This document shows, in pieces, positions 62,113-64,000 of a stretch of DNA of 64,000 nt (positions are counted from its first letter, which is position 1; every line of letters starts with the position of its first letter). The notes below the pieces were generated by a model. That model saw only the letters and a program-made list of their open reading frames with translations, ran no database searches and was not told where the DNA came from. Source of the stretch: Oikopleura dioica (Eukaryota; Animalia; Chordata). Where the stretch lies: positions 14,136,001-14,200,000 of the forward strand of contig OU015566.1 in the NCBI GenBank assembly GCA_907165135.1, written 5' to 3'. Made by a program: the position numbers and the translations under genes.

Positions 62113-63604
62113 CTAGTGGAAGCGTCGTGGCTTTGGTGTGGCGTCTAGGTGGACTGGAGGGATGGGGATGTCGTTGAGTCTGTAGAGGCGGACGAAGACG
62201 AAACGGATGTAGTGGACCAGGTTACCACCGCAGACTTTGTAGGCGAAGACGAGGATCGCGTCCATCTTGGCGGGGTCGAGGAGTCCGTGGTCTAAATCAT
62301 AAGTTAGATTCTCTTTTTTTTTTAACGGGAGTTGACTTACCCAGTGCTTCCTTGAATCTTCGCTTGATTCCCTGGTAGTTGAGGAACTCCACCAGGTAAT
62401 GGACGATTCGTCGTTCCTCGGCGGTGAGTGCAGCAACTGGGTCCAATCTCCAGTTTTCGGTTCCTTCTTTGATGGTCCAGCCGGCTCTGGTGTTGTACTT
62501 GAACTGGCGATGGCCGGGGCTCTGGGAGTCTTTGTATTTGAGGAGTCCCTCGCTGCTGAACCAGGCTTGTCTGATTTCTTCGAAGTTTTCGATTCGGCGG
62601 TTGTCAAGCATCGCTCGGACTCGTTTTTGGTTACACAGTGATTTCTTTTTTTACTTATGTTTGTGATTTTAATTAGTTAGATTTCTGTGTAACCATTCCT
62701 GAGATTCTGCTCATCAGCTTTGATTCTTTCTTCGACAGGTAGTAATGGTTTCCTCTTCTGCCGGTTTCCGCGACGAGCAAGATTCCCACCTGTGGCTTCG
62801 TGAGCACCTTATCTTCTTCCGCTTTGATGGCTGCTTGGCGCTTTTCTTCCGCTTCTCTGTCTCGAGCCAGGCGTCTTTCTTGAGCTTCTTGTTCTTCCTT
62901 TTTCCGCTGGATTTCCTCGAAGTATTCACGGCGGATTCTCGTGTTCTCCTCCACTTGGCGTCTCATGCGGGCTCTGATGGCTTCTTTGACTCTTTCTCTG
63001 TCTTCCTGATCTTCCTTGAGCTTCTTGAGCCTGTCGACTTCTTCTTTTTGGAGTCGCCTTTGTTCTTCCGCCTCTTCTTTTTGGTGCATTCTGGCCGACG
63101 CGTTTGATTCGGATTCTTCTTCTATGTTTTCCAGCGGCTCTTTCCATCGTGCGGCGATTCTGAGTCGTCTTTCTTCCGCTGCTTTTTCTTCCTCCGCTGA
63201 CTCGAAGAGTGTATCCGTTCTTCGGCTCCAGTCTTGCTGGTTGTCCTGGCTTTGTGGCTCTGGGAATCCCGCGGTGGCTTCGGCTCCTTCGTCTTCTGAG
63301 TCTTCCAGGACTTCTTCGTCTGAGGAAAAGCCGTCTTCAGGGGAGTCCGCTGGATGGCCGTGGCTCGCCGAAGGCATCAGCTGGGATGGGTCTTTTAGTG
63401 GAGTCTCGATTTGTCCCGTTACTAATTAGATTCCTTTTTTTTTTAGATTTCTCTAAGACTCTTTCCTGAGCGTGCGTTGTATGAGTCTTCAAAGAAGTCT
63501 GGGCCGGAGTCAATGCTTGCTCGCTCGTTGTTGTTCGAGTCGTCTGATGGCAGTGGCAGTTGAGTTTGAGTCGAGTTGGTTGAGGTTTGAGTCTCTGTCT
63601 GCAT
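62113..63604 (-). CDS. Element gene B (449 aa, acidic region plus E/R/K-rich helix); exons 63604-63466, 63421-62694, 62644-62341, 62291-62113
   Basis: One GA-AG intron (44 nt) and two GT-AG introns (49 nt each) give a continuous frame. Confidence 0.65.
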
Positions 63605-63835
63605 CGAGGAATCTGTTGATTCTGAATTGAGACTGAAAAGGTGTCTAAAATTAAGGTTTTCTTTTAGCCCTTATTTATCCTGGATTTTTGAGATCAGGAC
63701 TGATTCTATCTTTTGAATTAGTTAGTGTGAGTCAGTTTTCTTGGCTCAGAGATTTTCCCACGCTAGCTTGCGTGGTTTAGTTTTATGGCGTTCTTTTTTT
63801 TTGAGAGTTTTTAGTTTTGAATATCTAAAATTACT

Positions 63836-64000
63836 AAGGACTCAATTCGAGATTCTTTTCAGCCCGTTCCTTGATAGGTTTGAGTTTCCTGGCATTTGGC
63901 TCGTTGAGCTTCGACCGGGTGAGTCTGTGTTGTTCCGTCTCGACGAGAAGTCCAGCCGATGGTTCTTGAGTCGCGTCTTGCCAGCGTGGCTGCGATGTCT
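63836..64000 (-). CDS. 3' end of a further upstream element gene (frame ambiguous)
   Basis: Two frames are open from the window edge to stops at ~63860 and 63836; composition matches the element. Confidence 0.35.

Larger units (their letters stand above)
54609..64000 (-). mobile_element. PAT/DIRS-type tyrosine-recombinase retrotransposon, multi-gene and intron-rich; 5' end outside window
   Basis: RT-RNaseH-MT and YR genes; 3' end has a B-A-B split direct repeat layout. Confidence 0.93.

Overview
Eukaryotic, extremely compact animal DNA: mostly ~35-70 nt introns including GC-AG and GA-AG types, operon-like gene spacing, and AG acceptors just before start codons. This points to the larvacean tunicate Oikopleura (inference). 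The middle (~13-54 kb) holds host genes: cyclin Q exon 1, two small secreted paralogues, tectonic-like, EHMT/G9a, SREK1IP1, RPRD, NELFB, CCDC89, HINT, two GALNT7-like copies, an HPS1-like gene with two MITEs, an NHL-repeat gene, CDC7, PIP5K1, a RING gene, a PCGF-like gene and DKC1. Both ends carry unusual large retroelements. Left (<1 to ~12.6 kb, minus strand): an intact non-LTR element with ORF1, a 1802-aa APE-RT ORF2, an extra 777-codon ORF3 and a convergent spliced gene. Nine variants of the 16-bp palindrome GCAGGCAGCTGCCTGC recur through it at ~0.9-1.9 kb spacing, in different reading frames. Right (54609 to >64000, minus strand): a PAT/DIRS-type tyrosine-recombinase retrotransposon with split direct repeats. 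It is arranged as at least six genes carrying about 12 short sense-strand spliceosomal introns, including one inside the RT domain, one inside the methyltransferase domain and 3-4 in the recombinase. All exon structures were derived by hand and no database searches were run.
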